From a virus, in IMG/VR virus record IMGVR_UViG_3300032213_002091, positions 1-64,000 of that record: DNA of 64,000 nt; one strand, 5' to 3'. Both the position numbers and the translations under genes were made by a program. A model generated the notes under the pieces. The model saw only the letters and a list, made by a program, of their open reading frames with translations. It searched no databases and was not told the DNA's origin. Shown here in pieces: positions 9,101 through 17,365 of the stretch (position 1 is its first letter; the number at the start of each line of letters is the position of its first letter).

Positions 9101-9760
9101 AACGCTTCGGGTCAGTGGATTCCCCCTTCACCTTACGTGACCGGAATTGCTCTGCGTCGTTACCGCGCTGAAGGGTATCAGTTCCCGCCTGCTGGTGTCA
9201 AGTATCAACTTGCCGACGCAGTGGCAGCTCAGATTCCGATCAACTCGGCTCAGCAAAACCTTCTCAACCCTGACGGTTGCAACGCAATCCGTACTCTGCC
9301 TGGTTACCCAACCAGCGCCGTGTTTGTCTGGGGTGGAAGAACTCGCGTTAACACTGCTGACGCTCAACAGCGTCTGTACCAGTTCGTAAACACTCGCGTC
9401 ATTCTGAACGTTGTTTACGGTTCGCTGAGAAATGCCTTCGATAGCCAGATCTTCAACGTTATCGACGGATTCGGTGTGGCGTTCAACCAGATCATTTCGG
9501 TTGGCAACAGCGTTCTGAACCAGCTGTACTCTCGTGGTGCTCTGTTCGGCGCTCGCCCAAGCGACGCTTTCCAAGTTATCTGTGATGCTCGAATTAACCC
9601 TCCTGCCTCACTCGAGAACGGAATCATTAACGCCAAGGTGTTTGTGACTCCTGTTCCGACTCTGGAAAGAATTCAGATCGATCTGATCCGCGTTGCCGTT
9701 GGTCAGATGCAGAACGAGCTGAACGCTCAGGGACTGGGAACTAACAACACCGGTTTCTAA
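6128..9760 (+). CDS. contractile tail sheath protein with large internal insertion (~1210 aa)
   Basis: N-terminal PGVYINE; C-terminal YYGPYI, PPSPYVTG, FPPAG, NPDGCNAIR, VWGGRT, FVNTRVILN, VPTLERIQI. ATG 6128 is preferred over the track start. Confidence 0.9.
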   Translation: MATFSLGGGTTPGAPGVYINERAGVVANADVANFSTVYMLVEAEETVPVTVFPYNTPTPITSLNDYFALVGGSVPEARIPLLSYNCVNEFFQNAQIGDLRVVRVGTPDQIVEIEILPNGTKQSNAGLPSNFEAGDVVYAQLVINGNRLVAGDGSTGYTNDGEWLGVPVTIPVDYIPGDEVNNRRISSAIAIAIAEAIESNPSVRSSVYVRDFGLVTSIDPLSNSENAFVSIAAATFDANVSVVPLVLPVGAQYVMMQNVYDIQNIVGQQQNLERVPQDYIQCIATAFDGQQDQGYLITPTAYAQFDADGRAAVGAAAADHCANNNYKWMALADPGPFLVTDINKYSAYTPHEPAADLITGNKYLVDNAMYEWVGADVSYDKLTYQALIASPTAETAISQSRSATPVAAGEKVGLLDSATFEVDSTVDDTMLVLSTQNYWPVSYQIQEVTFSNATGDILSTIGEDGTIFVIAPPYDLEATGDYSFNNVFFAYDAPNAVSVLDEVIAAGGSINLTTPANAINFGGATGTCDFTYVVPFYSLPQTINGQTSNLLQNITGAAQYVNTLHLPASLQDATANYRLNFVSRTILDPDASVAGSTGAYTGTARVTCVAHGLTSGQKLYFTQSVKTNAGVNLFRATTKVSEALYYVQVIDADTFCLAESLTSYTASSFVTIPSGTTSFVSSPTIFYTKVLGGEATSATLAELSVIPFVRARKYGLNSGLIASEAAVATAAPAPAASNPDVSIFFNNSLTALGVGLISPFGENSTAGWLPELTLSAPGSPSTTLENWYCTPTVDQNFASQAFLVPSIDPIAGGNYEAATSATLGVLDTATLYVTSTGLAVSDTGVDIQTAVAKLVGVYFNVTVAPAGAVGPDGVTEVELGDRIAVTYNGTAYDWVVIPAGGDLSVAGQPCYGSQVGLNFTPEATPPSALWRFDPITSTEIISDAIRGVGFNGVPQAEFIEAGVDNVNRLYNDSQRYFQPFGFIAYYGPYIENASGQWIPPSPYVTGIALRRYRAEGYQFPPAGVKYQLADAVAAQIPINSAQQNLLNPDGCNAIRTLPGYPTSAVFVWGGRTRVNTADAQQRLYQFVNTRVILNVVYGSLRNAFDSQIFNVIDGFGVAFNQIISVGNSVLNQLYSRGALFGARPSDAFQVICDARINPPASLENGIINAKVFVTPVPTLERIQIDLIRVAVGQMQNELNAQGLGTNNTGF

Positions 9761-9777
9761 ACTAAATGAGAGTCATA

Positions 9778-10056
9778 ATGAACAAGGAATTAACGTTACT
9801 GATTCCTGACTCTCTTCTACTACAGCTTGAACTAAGGGCCAGAGAGCAAGGGGTTTCAGTTGAAACCCTTTGCCTCTCCCTTCTTTCCGGCGTAAAACAA
9901 GAAGAGGATCTGGTTGATCCTTCCTACTATCGATCCTTGAGCCACACCGGAATGCGGCAAGAGGTGAACAAAGTCATTGAGAGTTCCCTTCCATCCGAAG
10001 AAATTCGCAGAAGGTTGAACAACCTGGAATTTGAAATTTCCCGTAGATACCGATGA
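9778..10056 (+). CDS. small hypothetical protein, possible ribbon-helix-helix DNA-binding domain
   Basis: ELTLLIPDSLLLQLELRAREQGVSVETLC resembles a CopG/RHH pattern. Confidence 0.5.
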   Translation: MNKELTLLIPDSLLLQLELRAREQGVSVETLCLSLLSGVKQEEDLVDPSYYRSLSHTGMRQEVNKVIESSLPSEEIRRRLNNLEFEISRRYR

Positions 10057-10430
10057 GCGTAACCGAGCCTTTAGCAGCGAGTATTCGAGGATTGGCTTAC
10101 CCTTTGACTATCGTCAACGGGAATTTAGCGACAAGTGTAGACTACGCTTTGATAACGCAGCAAATTCGGAGCGTAGTTGAAACCCGTTACTACGAGCGGG
10201 TTATGAGAGCAAACTACGGGATAGCAGATCAGGTTCTGAACGTCCTAAATCCGGGTCAAATCAACTCTGAACTGCAGGCATCAATTTCTGCAAACGTTTC
10301 AGGGTTATCTGACCTGAGCGTAACAGGGGACTGGAAATCACAGGGCGATGACGGGGTGTACCACGTTTTCATCCAGTACGCTGTGAACGGAGTTCCCCAG
10401 CCACCGATGCAGTTTACTCTGGCAAACTGA
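10053..10430 (+). CDS. baseplate wedge protein, gp25/gpW family
   Basis: GLAYPLTI...IRSVVETRYYERVMRANYG is the typical gp25 pattern. Confidence 0.85.
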   Translation: MSVTEPLAASIRGLAYPLTIVNGNLATSVDYALITQQIRSVVETRYYERVMRANYGIADQVLNVLNPGQINSELQASISANVSGLSDLSVTGDWKSQGDDGVYHVFIQYAVNGVPQPPMQFTLAN

Positions 10431-10591
10431 TGTACTCTCTACAAGAAAAAGACATCTACCGGCTAATCTCAGCTTGTCGGCACTACATGAGCCAAACATC
10501 AAGCGAAAAGATCTACGACGAATACTCGAGAATCCTGGCCAAACTTGAAAATTATATCTCGCAAAACTTCCCCGAGTCGCCTCGAGGGTAA
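10430..10591 (+). CDS. small hypothetical protein (53 aa, MYSLQEKDIYRLISACRHY...), not in the ORF track
   Basis: TGATG coupling to gp25; fills the gap; its TAA lies inside GGGTAAAA. Confidence 0.65.
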   Translation: MYSLQEKDIYRLISACRHYMSQTSSEKIYDEYSRILAKLENYISQNFPESPRG

Positions 10592-10593
10592 AA
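10586..10593 (+). promoter_or_regulatory. GGGTAAAA motif
   Basis: 34 nt before the portal ATG. Confidence 0.7.
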
Positions 10594-10627
10594 CTTGACA
10601 TAAGGACTAGAACTACCAGAGGATTGG

Positions 10628-12025
10628 ATGGCTCAGAGATTTAAGACAGCCCCAGTGCCATCGGGAGAGGTAGCTCGTTACACTTCTGACCCCTATAATC
10701 TATCTTCGATCTACATGTTCGGGTCTAGCAGCCCGTTCACTGGTCAAGGTAACACGATTGTCAGGCCTAACGATGATCTCCTCATTCAAAAAGGCGGGAA
10801 CCGTGCGCTAGTTGTATACCAGCGCCTTCTTTACGACGAGCAAGTTCAGGGCTGTTTTGCCAAACTTGTTCAAGAAATTACCTCCCGTCCGTGGTACGTT
10901 GAGCAATATAGTGACAAACCCGGCGACGTAGCTGTAAGGGATTTCGTAAGCGAAGTGCTTGAAGAAATTCCTCTTGATGATATTTATAAGGGACTTGCGG
11001 AAGCAATCATCACAGGGTTCTCCGTCGGAGAAGTGATGTGGAAGAAAACGAAAAGAGGCGTTATTCCGTTTGATGTGCGGATGCGTGATCAACGTCGTTT
11101 CGTTTTCCAAGAAAAGGAAGATGCCCAGACGGGTTTCACGATGCGCTGCCTGACATTCAACCGAATGTTCGAAGGTGTTGAGCTTCCGACGCGCAAATTC
11201 ATTGTCAATCGGTACTGGGTTTCTCACAATGGCGACCCTTACGGTTCATCCTTGGGCCGAATCTTGTACCCGCTCGTCAAGTTCCGTCGCAGGGCGATTG
11301 AGTCCTACGTGCTTTACGGTGACCGCTACGCCACGCCGACAGCCGTTGCGAAAGCCCCTTTGAGCGCAAGTACAAAAGAAATCGACACGTTGTACGACCA
11401 TCTTTCCAACTTGAGCCAGGAGACGGCAATGATCCTCCCGGAGGGTTACGAGTTAGAGTTCGTAACGCCATCCGGAAGCCCCGATGTGTTCAAGAACCTG
11501 ATTGACTACATCGACAAAGAAATCAGCGTGTTGATTTGCGGAGAGAACGAAGCGGGGCAAGCTGAGGCTGGTTCCCGTGCTTCCTCCCAGGTGGCGAATG
11601 TTGTCCGAGTCGTGAAGGCGTCAGAACTTTCTGAGATCATTTCGCAGAATCTCACGCAAACACTCATTCGATGGATCGTTGACCTGAACTTCGGAACTGA
11701 CGTCGCTGCTCCCGTTCTTACTCGGGAGTTCCGAATCGAGGAATCAACTCTCACGATGCCGGACGTTTCTCTGCTTATTCAATCTGGTTTTACGCCGAAG
11801 AAAGAATGGCTGGAGAGACACTTCCGCGTTGAGTTGGAAGAGAAGAAAGAAAGTGGTGGCCCTGCTGACACCGCTTCAGCAACGACTTACAACCCTGAAG
11901 AAGATCAGGACCTGTTCGGTTCAATTTTCGGGGATCAAAGTGGAACTGCGACCGAAGAAACTCCCCTCCCCGAGGAGGAGCCAGCAGACCAGCAGGAAAC
12001 CTTGATTGCTGAGCAAGAAGGGTAA
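10628..12025 (+). CDS. portal protein, DUF935 / Mu gp29 family
   Basis: EAIITGFSVGEVMW, GDPYGSSLGRILY, DRYATPTAVAK, LIDYIDKEISVLICG, LIRWIVDLNFG. Confidence 0.88.
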   Translation: MAQRFKTAPVPSGEVARYTSDPYNLSSIYMFGSSSPFTGQGNTIVRPNDDLLIQKGGNRALVVYQRLLYDEQVQGCFAKLVQEITSRPWYVEQYSDKPGDVAVRDFVSEVLEEIPLDDIYKGLAEAIITGFSVGEVMWKKTKRGVIPFDVRMRDQRRFVFQEKEDAQTGFTMRCLTFNRMFEGVELPTRKFIVNRYWVSHNGDPYGSSLGRILYPLVKFRRRAIESYVLYGDRYATPTAVAKAPLSASTKEIDTLYDHLSNLSQETAMILPEGYELEFVTPSGSPDVFKNLIDYIDKEISVLICGENEAGQAEAGSRASSQVANVVRVVKASELSEIISQNLTQTLIRWIVDLNFGTDVAAPVLTREFRIEESTLTMPDVSLLIQSGFTPKKEWLERHFRVELEEKKESGGPADTASATTYNPEEDQDLFGSIFGDQSGTATEETPLPEEEPADQQETLIAEQEG

Positions 12026-12027
12026 AA
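12020..12027 (+). promoter_or_regulatory. GGGTAAAA motif
   Basis: Contains the portal TAA; 25 nt before GTG 12053. Confidence 0.7.
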
Positions 12028-12052
12028 AATGTTATCAGATCCCTTATAGACT

Positions 12053-14434
12053 GTGTTCACTAAAAGAATTCACGTATTTCGTGCGGGTGATCAGACCTCT
12101 GCCCAAGGAATCAAGCGGACATTCTCTCCAGAAGATCTTCAGCAAGTTGTCGACACATATGACCCTTCGGTCCATGAAGCTCCCATAGTTCTTGGCCACC
12201 AGGGTGATAACGACAGTTTGCCTTCTTTTGGGTGGATCCAAGGATTTTCAAGGGAGGGACAAAATCTTTACGCAGATGTCTCTTTTACGGACACCGCTAA
12301 AGATTTGGTCAAGAACGGTCACTACCGAAAAGTATCAATTTCCTTCTACTCCCCTGATAGCCAAATCAACCCGCACGGGGGAAAGTGGAGCGCAAGGCAC
12401 CTGGCCTTGCTGGGGGCATCTCCCCCGGCTGTTAAAGGACTCGAACCTTTCTCATTCAATGAGGCAGAGGGGTGCTTTGACTTCGCAGTGACTTTGTCCC
12501 CGGACCAAATCTTTGATGACGAACTCGGTCCTACCTTGATCGTTGAAAAGAGCCCTCTCGAGGTTCTTCGCCAAAAACTTGAGGAAGTTCGACAAGATGT
12601 TTCATCCGCTGTCAAAGATCTTCAAGAATCTGACGAAACTCAGAAGGAAACTAACGTGGATGAAGCGGCTGGTGCACAAGCTCCGACCGAAATAACCAGC
12701 CCCGAGGAAAACCAACAATTTACGGAGGGCGCCAAAATCAACGAAATCACTCAGCAGACGGCTGAACTTGAAGACCAATTCCCAGAGGAACAATTTATGG
12801 AAGACGGAAAAATCAGCCGTAAGCACGCCAAAGGTGCCCACGGCCAAGTAATGCAGGTTGTAGAAAACGTCTACGACGAGCAACACAAAGAGCTGCCCCC
12901 TGCTCTTAAGAAGAAAGCCGAAGAAATGAAGGCCAAAGCCAAGGCTAACCCTGGCGAAAAGGTTGAAATGGAAGAAGGCGACGAAATGGACTATGATGAG
13001 TCCGGTCGTTATGAAACAGCCCGTTCATCTGACAACGGTTACGCCGACCGGATGAGCACAGGCAAGGAAGGCAAAGGTGGTGTTGGCGACGACCGCATGA
13101 ACACTGCCAAGAGTGGTGAGCAGGAAGCCGATCGCGTTAGCGTTGCCAAGAACTCTGAGCAGGATTCCGATCGCAAAAAGACTGCCAAAGACGGCTCAGA
13201 TAACGCAACTGGTGAATCCCGTTGGGCCGGTCAAGCCGATGCTGAAGATCGCACCATGAACGGCAATCAGTACGACACCGACGCTGACAGCTATCCTGAA
13301 CCGAATCAGCCTAAAACTGCTTCCGGTTCTAACCCTGCTGGCCGCGAAGACGCTGATACCAAGATTCCTACCGAAACTGAAGAATCGCCTGACAACGAAG
13401 TGTTCGCAGTTAGCACCATCAACGTTATGTCTGATGGAAGCATGCGCGTAATGCGTCAAAAGAGCAGCGACGGTCGTCAAGCCACCAAGGGCGGCAAGAT
13501 TGACCACGCCGAGCCTGAGGCAGACGAGGTAACTTCCGAGATGGGCGTAACTGCGATGGGCGAAGTTGACGATCTGACTCAAGGCAAAGCCAAACTCAAG
13601 AAAGGTCAACTGGAGCCTGGCCACTTTGAAGGTGGTGTTGCCGAAATCACCGGTCCTGACGGTGTGTTCGCAGAAGGTTACAAAGGAGAGAAGAAATCTT
13701 CCAAGAAGCAACTCACTCCTGGTGCAATGGATGAGATTGACGAAGCTGCTCAAGTTGTTGGTCCCGAAGGCGCTTTCGCTGAGGACAATCTGAGCGGTGA
13801 TTTTGAAGGTGGCCCTAATCAAACTGCCAAGCGTTCCGGAGGCGTTTTCGCTGAAGAGCACGGTGAGAAGAAGAGTCCTTACACCAAGACTGGATTCGGT
13901 TCCACTTACGAGGAAGACGGCGATGACGACGCCGACGAGGAAGACTACAACGAACTTTCCGCTGACCATTGTGGAATGGACTACGGCATGGGTTCAATGG
14001 CCCAGGCCAAGCCGGACGGTTTCCCCGCCGCCATCTTCGAGGAGCTCAACCGCCTGAAGAAAGAGCACTCTGAACTGCAGCGTCGCTTCGCTGAAGAGAA
14101 GATGAATGCCCGCAAGGCCAAGATCGCCTCTTTCGTTGAGTCACTCTACGAAGATGGTCGCCTGACCGACGGCATCATGCCTCAGTCCGAGCTGCAAAGC
14201 TACTGCGAAGGGCTTGACTTCGGAACTCTTGAGTTCTCCGAAGGTGAAACTGCCGCTACGAAGCTGCTTGGCCTGCTGAGCAAGCTTCCTCCGATGGTTT
14301 ACTACGATGAGGTCGCCGGTGGAACTTTCCAGTTCGCTGAGGAAGATCTTGACCCTCACGCAAAAGCTCTGAAACTGGTTGAATCCGAAGGAATCGACTA
14401 CGTTGAAGCTATCAAGCGCACAATGTACAACTGA
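12053..14434 (+). CDS. Mu-like prohead protease (gpI-like) fused to a long acidic scaffold
   Basis: IHVFRAG, HEAPIVLGH, FGWI, YRKVSISFY, RHLALLGASPPAVKGL; coiled-coil C-terminus ending IDYVEAIK. Confidence 0.85.
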   Translation: MFTKRIHVFRAGDQTSAQGIKRTFSPEDLQQVVDTYDPSVHEAPIVLGHQGDNDSLPSFGWIQGFSREGQNLYADVSFTDTAKDLVKNGHYRKVSISFYSPDSQINPHGGKWSARHLALLGASPPAVKGLEPFSFNEAEGCFDFAVTLSPDQIFDDELGPTLIVEKSPLEVLRQKLEEVRQDVSSAVKDLQESDETQKETNVDEAAGAQAPTEITSPEENQQFTEGAKINEITQQTAELEDQFPEEQFMEDGKISRKHAKGAHGQVMQVVENVYDEQHKELPPALKKKAEEMKAKAKANPGEKVEMEEGDEMDYDESGRYETARSSDNGYADRMSTGKEGKGGVGDDRMNTAKSGEQEADRVSVAKNSEQDSDRKKTAKDGSDNATGESRWAGQADAEDRTMNGNQYDTDADSYPEPNQPKTASGSNPAGREDADTKIPTETEESPDNEVFAVSTINVMSDGSMRVMRQKSSDGRQATKGGKIDHAEPEADEVTSEMGVTAMGEVDDLTQGKAKLKKGQLEPGHFEGGVAEITGPDGVFAEGYKGEKKSSKKQLTPGAMDEIDEAAQVVGPEGAFAEDNLSGDFEGGPNQTAKRSGGVFAEEHGEKKSPYTKTGFGSTYEEDGDDDADEEDYNELSADHCGMDYGMGSMAQAKPDGFPAAIFEELNRLKKEHSELQRRFAEEKMNARKAKIASFVESLYEDGRLTDGIMPQSELQSYCEGLDFGTLEFSEGETAATKLLGLLSKLPPMVYYDEVAGGTFQFAEEDLDPHAKALKLVESEGIDYVEAIKRTMYN

Positions 14435-14442
14435 GGTTTGAA

Positions 14443-15096
14443 ATGGATCTCCTCTCTCTGATTGGCATGGCCACGAAACGGAGGGGAGATTATTTCACCC
14501 AGGCCGAGGCTCTACGAAAGAAAGTGAACTCCCAAGCTGAGCTTGAAGAGCGCATGACGGAGGAGTCGAAAGTTTTGGTGAAAGGTCTTCGAGATAAGCA
14601 AATGAGATGGGAGGAGTACGAAAGGTCTCTTCTCGATAAAACTCTCATCTCTGCGCTTGCCGCTGTCAACCTCGGCTCCGAAGATATCAACCCTCGCGGT
14701 AAAATGGAGCGGGCGTGGCCAACCATCGTTGGCGAAATGTTACCGCCCTTGCATGAATTTTTGGTTGAAACGAAAGACGCACTCGACAACGGAGGTATTC
14801 TGTTGGGCGACAAAACACAAGATTTTAGTGAAGTTAAGAGTTGGCCTGGGCTGTTAGTTCGCGTTATTCGCTACCTAGCAAACCCCTCCTACTCTTTCTT
14901 CAACCTTGGCCAATATTACGTTCGACAAGATCAGGGATACAGGGAAATGCAGAGAGTTCCGAAACTCGACTCAAGAACTTGTCCTGATTGTATAATGTTT
15001 GGTCGACTTGGTTGGCAACCTCTGGGCACCCTCCCCATGCCAGGTAAAGAATGTCAGTGCTACGACCGCTGCCGGTGTAGCATTGAATACCGTTAA
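14443..15096 (+). CDS. minor head protein, MuF / SPP1 gp7-like
   Basis: C-terminal DSRTCPDC...LPMPGKECQCYDRCRCSIEY; located in the head module. Confidence 0.6.
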   Translation: MDLLSLIGMATKRRGDYFTQAEALRKKVNSQAELEERMTEESKVLVKGLRDKQMRWEEYERSLLDKTLISALAAVNLGSEDINPRGKMERAWPTIVGEMLPPLHEFLVETKDALDNGGILLGDKTQDFSEVKSWPGLLVRVIRYLANPSYSFFNLGQYYVRQDQGYREMQRVPKLDSRTCPDCIMFGRLGWQPLGTLPMPGKECQCYDRCRCSIEYR

Positions 15097-15104
15097 GGGT
15101 AAAA
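15097..15104 (+). promoter_or_regulatory. GGGTAAAA motif
   Basis: Immediately after TAA 15096; upstream of the capsid genes. Confidence 0.7.
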
Positions 15105-15107
15105 CCA

Positions 15108-15158
15108 TTCAGTTTAACTGGGTGTAAAAACAAGTCCCAGAGTAAACAAATTGAAGTC
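15108..15158 (+). promoter_or_regulatory. structured 5' leader, copy A
   Basis: Nested pairings TTCA/TGAA, GTTTA/TAAAC and CTGGG/CCCAG; shares GGGTGTAA, AAGTCCCA and TTGAAGTC with copy B. Confidence 0.5.
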
Positions 15159-15178
15159 CTCATACTTTGGAGAATTCC

Positions 15179-15658
15179 ATGGCAACTAATGCAGGCCCCG
15201 TATACGGCCGTCAGTACATCCGTTACGCAGAAACTTTCGAAGCTCCTGCTGACAATCAAGATGGCGATCCCGGCGTAGTTGAAATCGGCGAATTCCGCGC
15301 CGTTTCTTATGCTACCTGGGCTGGCCCTAACTTCGCTGCTGCCCCCGATGCTTTCACTACCCCTGGTAGCGTAGACACCATCGTTGGTATCAACCAGGCT
15401 TACATGCCTACCGCTCTGGCTCAACCTTACACCGCTCGTCAGCTGACCGTTGCCACCTCCGGTCTTCTGCTGGTTGAAGTTGCTCCAGCTGCTGTTCTGA
15501 CCGATCTGACTCTGAACACTCAGCTCGAAATCAACTCCCTCGGCCAAGCCGTTGGCGTTGGCGACGGCACCCCCGTCACCCTGGACGGCACCACTCCTCT
15601 GATTCGCGAGCAAATCGGAATCGGCGGTCGTAAGTTCGCCCTTGTCAGCTTCGCCTGA
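15179..15658 (+). CDS. capsid decoration / cement protein
   Basis: Small Ala/Gly/Thr-rich protein directly before the major capsid gene (LTVATSGLLLVE...GQAV pattern). Confidence 0.65.
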   Translation: MATNAGPVYGRQYIRYAETFEAPADNQDGDPGVVEIGEFRAVSYATWAGPNFAAAPDAFTTPGSVDTIVGINQAYMPTALAQPYTARQLTVATSGLLLVEVAPAAVLTDLTLNTQLEINSLGQAVGVGDGTPVTLDGTTPLIREQIGIGGRKFALVSFA

Positions 15659-15664
15659 TAATTA

Positions 15665-15724
15665 ACTTCAGTTGGGCATCCTCCGGGTGTAAGTCCCAAC
15701 TGTGGTTTTCAACCATTTGAAGTC
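15665..15724 (+). promoter_or_regulatory. structured 5' leader, copy B
   Basis: CAGTTGGG/CCCAACTG stem, TGGTT/AACCA hairpin, and an alternative ACTTCA/TGAAGT pairing. Confidence 0.5.
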
Positions 15725-15751
15725 GTTTAACTATCTCGGAGCCTCCCTCCC

Positions 15752-16804
15752 ATGATGAACCTCCAGCAAACCTATGCTGGCGTAGATCCAATTCTGACTA
15801 CGCTCGCACAAGGTTTCATGCTTCCGGCGACTAATATCGCCAACTTTATTGCCCCCGTTGTTGACACCCCGACTCGTGCTGGCCGCATTCTGCGCTTCGG
15901 CAAAGAGCAATTCGCCATCAACGACTTCCGTCGTGCATACGGAACCAACATTCCGTTCGTTCAAAGCCGTTACGATGCTGAGCCTTATGCGCTTGAGCAA
16001 GAAGTCGTGGCTTGGGAACTGCCCGAAGAAGTCATCGAGAACGCTGGTGAAGGTCCTGCTCAGGTTGACCTGCGTGCGATCGAAACTCGCAACGCCATGT
16101 CTCGCCTGATGAATGCTTACGAGTACACTGTAAGCCAGGCCGTAACCGTAACCGCTGGTTACAACCCTTACGAGCCTACCGCTGGTGCTGGTACTCAGAC
16201 CGGCCTTGGTTTCACCACCTGGGCTAACTTCCAGACCGCCTACGGTTCTGCCGCTGGTCCTTCGGCTTGGTCTTCACTGACTTCCAACCCGATCGAGGAC
16301 ATCCTGACCCTGAAGCGTTCGGTTGCCAACCAAATCGGTATCCGTCCGAACTCGATGGTTCTGGGAACTGCCGTGTTTGATCAACTGCTGACCAACCAGG
16401 CTATCCTTGAGCGCATCAAGTACACCACTGCCGATTCAATCGACACAGACCTGCTTGCTCGTTACTTCGGTCTTGAGCGTGGTCTGCGCGTTGCTGAGGG
16501 CCGTTATCTTGCCACCGATGGCACCCTGCAGCCTGTGTTCCCTTCAAACGGAATCCTGCTGTTCTACAGCCCCAATGGTCCTTCAGATAGCGTAATGCCT
16601 GCTGGCGGTGCTAATGCTGCTACCCCTGCTTTCGCTTACACCTATCAACTGACTGGCACCCCTGCTGTTCGCCCCGAGTACTACATTCGTGAGCGTCGCG
16701 TGGTTCGTGCTGAAATCACTGTTGAGCGTGTTGTTAACCTGGTGGGTCTTGGTGCCACTGGTCTTATCGGTTCTGGCGCGATGATCTCCAACATTCTTGG
16801 TTGA
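15752..16804 (+). CDS. major capsid protein (HK97 fold, gpE-like)
   Basis: VDPILTTLAQG, FIAPVV, FGKEQF, GIRPNSMVLG, ILERIKYT; 350 aa; strongly biased codon usage. Confidence 0.88.
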   Translation: MMNLQQTYAGVDPILTTLAQGFMLPATNIANFIAPVVDTPTRAGRILRFGKEQFAINDFRRAYGTNIPFVQSRYDAEPYALEQEVVAWELPEEVIENAGEGPAQVDLRAIETRNAMSRLMNAYEYTVSQAVTVTAGYNPYEPTAGAGTQTGLGFTTWANFQTAYGSAAGPSAWSSLTSNPIEDILTLKRSVANQIGIRPNSMVLGTAVFDQLLTNQAILERIKYTTADSIDTDLLARYFGLERGLRVAEGRYLATDGTLQPVFPSNGILLFYSPNGPSDSVMPAGGANAATPAFAYTYQLTGTPAVRPEYYIRERRVVRAEITVERVVNLVGLGATGLIGSGAMISNILG

Positions 16805-16817
16805 TCCAAGAAATACA

Positions 16818-16826
16818 TAAGGAGGT
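16818..16826 (+). promoter_or_regulatory. strong Shine-Dalgarno TAAGGAGGT
   Basis: Perfect SD 6 nt before ATG 16833. Confidence 0.75.
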
Positions 16827-16832
16827 GTCATC

Positions 16833-17276
16833 ATGGCTATTTTAAGACCGATTACCAAGTCTCAGTACGAAGTTTCATTCACAGCTCTTGGCGGACCCAC
16901 TTTCACAGCGGTGTTCACTAAGTTCAGCGGTGTCAAGGATTCAGCCGAAGACAGCAAGTACGCTAACGGTTCTGGAAACAGACTGTACCACGTCATTGGA
17001 CCGAGAACCGCAGACGACGTAACGTTAGAGGCCCCGTACGACCCTACCATCTTCAAACAACTCGAGCAATTCTGGCTTTCGTACAACTGTGAGGAAATCA
17101 CAGTTACCGTGACCCCTAAAGATTGCGTCGGCGCTGGTTCTGCTCCTGCAGGCGGCCAATACGTGCTTTACGGTTGCCAATACAAGTCAGTCTCAACCGC
17201 TGACGTTGACCGTGAGAGCGGAAACGTTCAGACGATCGAGTGCTCGTTCACAGTTAACTACTGGGAGAGAACCTGA
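16833..17276 (+). CDS. tail tube protein
   Basis: 147 aa; FTKFSGV, DDVTLEAPYD, YVLYGC, DVDRESGNVQTIECSF resemble the T4 gp19-like tube pattern. Confidence 0.7.
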   Translation: MAILRPITKSQYEVSFTALGGPTFTAVFTKFSGVKDSAEDSKYANGSGNRLYHVIGPRTADDVTLEAPYDPTIFKQLEQFWLSYNCEEITVTVTPKDCVGAGSAPAGGQYVLYGCQYKSVSTADVDRESGNVQTIECSFTVNYWERT

Positions 17277-17297
17277 TCCTCGGGTTCAGAGTTACTT

Positions 17298-17324
17298 ATC
17301 CCCGGCTTCGGCTGGGGATTTTTT
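17298..17324 (+). terminator. rho-independent terminator
   Basis: ATCCCCGGC-TTCG-GCTGGGGAT stem with a C(UUCG)G loop, followed by a T-run. Confidence 0.88.
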
Positions 17325-17327
17325 GTA

Positions 17328-17335
17328 GGGTAAAA
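17328..17335 (+). promoter_or_regulatory. GGGTAAAA motif
   Basis: Directly after the terminator and 30 nt before ATG 17366, consistent with re-initiation. Confidence 0.75.
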
Positions 17336-17365
17336 CCAATTCAAGAAGGCAATCCGTAGGGATTC

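Noticed and set aside
13196-13969. Long antisense ORFs (also 14900..15613, 27665..28351, 58365..58691, 59088..59579)
   Set aside because: They shadow well-supported plus-strand genes and are explained by codon bias or repeat symmetry.
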